Shown one piece after another: positions 22,296 through 24,015 of a DNA stretch of 24,015 nucleotides. Source of the stretch: an uncultured Clostridia bacterium. GTDB lineage: Bacteria > Bacillota > Clostridia > Christensenellales > Borkfalkiaceae. Made by a program: the position numbers and the translations under genes. The stretch lies in contig CANREK010000001.1 in assembly GCA_947629605.1 (NCBI GenBank), positions 1-24,015 of the forward strand, given 5' to 3'. The notes under the pieces were generated by a model. It worked only from the letters and a program-made list of their open reading frames with translations. It was not told where the DNA came from and made no database searches. Within the stretch, counting starts at the first letter, position 1. Each line of letters begins with the position of its first letter.

Positions 22296-23249
22296 TTAAT
22301 CCTCCTTTTTTTCAAGCGAAAGACCGTACTGTTCGAGTTTTTGCATGACTTCGTCGAGAGACTTTTTGCCGAGGTTTCTCACCTTCAACATCTCGTCCTC
22401 CGTCTTGCGGATGAGGTCCTCCACGGTGTGAATGTTTGCGCGTTTCAAGCAGTTGTAGGAGCGGACCGAGAAGTCCATGTCCTCGATCTTCATATTGAGG
22501 ATCTGCTGCTGTTTATCGTCGTCCGTCTTGACGAGGATATCCATATCCTTGATGGTATCCGAGAGGTTGACGAACAGGTTGATGTGGTCCTGCATGATCT
22601 TTGCGGCCAGCGACACGATCTCTTTCCCCGAGAAGGTGCCGTCCGTCCAAACTTCTATCGTGAGCCTGTCGTAGTCGATGTTTTGGCCGACGCGGGCGGG
22701 CTCCACCTGATAGTTGACCTTTTGCACGGGCGTGTAGATGGAATCGATGGGAATATAATCGATGACGGGCTGTTTATTGTCCTTTGCGGGATGATACCCT
22801 CTGCCGCGGCCGATCGTGATCTCCATGTCGAGCTTTCCGCCCGCGTCCACCGTGCAGATGTATTGGTCGGAATTGATGATCTCGACCTCCGCATCCTGCG
22901 AGATGTCTGCGGCCGTGACGACGGCGGGGCCCTCCACGGTGAGGCGGAGAGTTTTGGTATAATCCTTATCGGTAACTCTTGTCTTGATGGCAAGCAGTTT
23001 GAGGTTGAGGATGATCTCGGTGACGTCCTCTTTGACGCCGGGAATGGAGGAGAACTCGTGCTTGACGGTCCCGTCCATGAACTTGATCCCCTGCGCGGCG
23101 GCCCCGGGGAGCGCGGAGAGCAGGATCCTCCTCAGACAGTTGCCTATTGTAAGACCGAATCCCTTTTCGAGCGGCTCAACGACGATCTTCGCATAGGATT
23201 TTGCTTCGTTTTCCGTGACCTCGATCTTGGGCATATCCATTTCTATCAT
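22296..23249 (-). CDS. rpoA: RNA polymerase alpha subunit
   Basis: EPLEKGFGLTIGNCLRRILLS, HEFSSIPGVKEDVTEIILNLK and alpha-CTD SVRSYNCLKRA/VRNLGKKS. Confidence 0.98.
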   Translation of the reverse strand: MIEMDMPKIEVTENEAKSYAKIVVEPLEKGFGLTIGNCLRRILLSALPGAAAQGIKFMDGTVKHEFSSIPGVKEDVTEIILNLKLLAIKTRVTDKDYTKTLRLTVEGPAVVTAADISQDAEVEIINSDQYICTVDAGGKLDMEITIGRGRGYHPAKDNKQPVIDYIPIDSIYTPVQKVNYQVEPARVGQNIDYDRLTIEVWTDGTFSGKEIVSLAAKIMQDHINLFVNLSDTIKDMDILVKTDDDKQQQILNMKIEDMDFSVRSYNCLKRANIHTVEDLIRKTEDEMLKVRNLGKKSLDEVMQKLEQYGLSLEKKED

Positions 23250-23268
23250 AGGGCTACCTCCTTAACGG

Positions 23269-23892
23269 TTACTTGGAGTACAACTCAACAATCATATGCT
23301 CCGCGATCTGACTGTCGACATCTTCGCGGGTAGGAAGCGCCAAAACCTTGCCTTCCAGCTTCTCCGGATCGAATTCCAGCCACTTGGGCATGTTTGCGAC
23401 CTTCATCCCTTTGATCTGCTCAAAGAATTTGTTGTCCTTTTTGTTCTCCTTGACGGCGATGACGTCCCCCGCCTTTACGCTGTAAGAGGGCACGGTGACC
23501 GTTCTGCCGTTGACGGTGAAATGGGCATGGTTGACGAGCTGTCTTGCCTGCGTCCTCGAAACGCCGATCCCCATGCGGAAGATGACGTTGTCGAGCCTTC
23601 TTTCGAGCAGGGAGAGCATGTTCTCGCCCGTGATGCCCTTCATGCGGTCTGCGACCTCGTAGTAGTGGCGGAATTGCCCCTCCTGCACGCCGTAGATGCG
23701 CTTGGTCTTTTGCTTTTCACGAAGTTGAAGCCCATACTCGGAGACCTTTTTCCTGCCTGCGCCGTGCTGTCCGGGAGGAAGGGGGCGCTTGTTGAAGGGG
23801 CACTTTTCCATGTAGCACTTGTCGCCCTTCAAAAAGAGCTTGGAGCCTTCACGTCTGCAAAGTTTGCATTTTGCGTCTCTATATACTGCCAT
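23269..23892 (-). CDS. rpsD: 30S ribosomal protein S4
   Basis: [39 protein letters not shown] and IVELYSK. Confidence 0.98.
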   Translation of the reverse strand: MAVYRDAKCKLCRREGSKLFLKGDKCYMEKCPFNKRPLPPGQHGAGRKKVSEYGLQLREKQKTKRIYGVQEGQFRHYYEVADRMKGITGENMLSLLERRLDNVIFRMGIGVSRTQARQLVNHAHFTVNGRTVTVPSYSVKAGDVIAVKENKKDNKFFEQIKGMKVANMPKWLEFDPEKLEGKVLALPTREDVDSQIAEHMIVELYSK

Positions 23893-23907
23893 TGCATTAT
23901 CCTCCTG

Positions 23908-24015
23908 TTATACTCTTCTGCGCTTGGGCGGGCGGCAGCCGTTGTGGGGAATGGGCGAAACGTCGGAGATGAGCGTCACTTCCAGCTCGCAGTTCGCGAG
24001 CGCTCTGATCGCCGA
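23908..24015 (-). CDS. rpsK: 30S ribosomal protein S11, C-terminal 35 codons plus stop (partial)
   Basis: Reads [35 protein letters not shown] upstream of rpsD. Confidence 0.95.
   Translation of the reverse strand, partial: SAIRALANCELEVTLISDVSPIPHNGCRPPKRRRV

Noticed and set aside
23269-23892. Four-cysteine zinc form of S4
   Set aside because: This is the usual clostridial C+ S4 in the alpha operon.

Overview
A GC-rich chromosomal window from a spore-forming Clostridia-type Firmicute (lineage inferred from gene content and order). It holds mostly housekeeping genes. Minus strand: rpsK(3' end)-rpsD-rpoA-rplQ; plsX-rnc-smc-ftsY; ylxM-ffh-rpsP-khpA; pyrH-frr-uppS-cdsA-dxr-rseP; yqfC-yqfD-phoH(5' end). 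Plus strand: a TPP-riboswitch-controlled thiT with an N-terminal membrane extension, an orphan mazF/ndoA toxin and an M18 aminopeptidase. I see no transposase, phage, CRISPR array or tRNA/rRNA. The unusual content is non-coding. (1) Eight clusters of a modular, recursively nested family of REP/BIME-like palindromes fill roughly 60% of the intergenic DNA (hand count). They include a 242-bp near-perfect direct repeat bracketing rpsP, and one repeat unit is translated in frame inside RseP. (2) The TPP riboswitch has an intact pyrimidine-sensing arm but altered nucleotides in the pyrophosphate-sensing helix. (3) The antitoxin-less mazF is preceded by a stem-loop carrying a UACAU MazF target pentad. 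(4) Two genes appear to be leaderless. All alignments and folds were done by eye and need computational confirmation.
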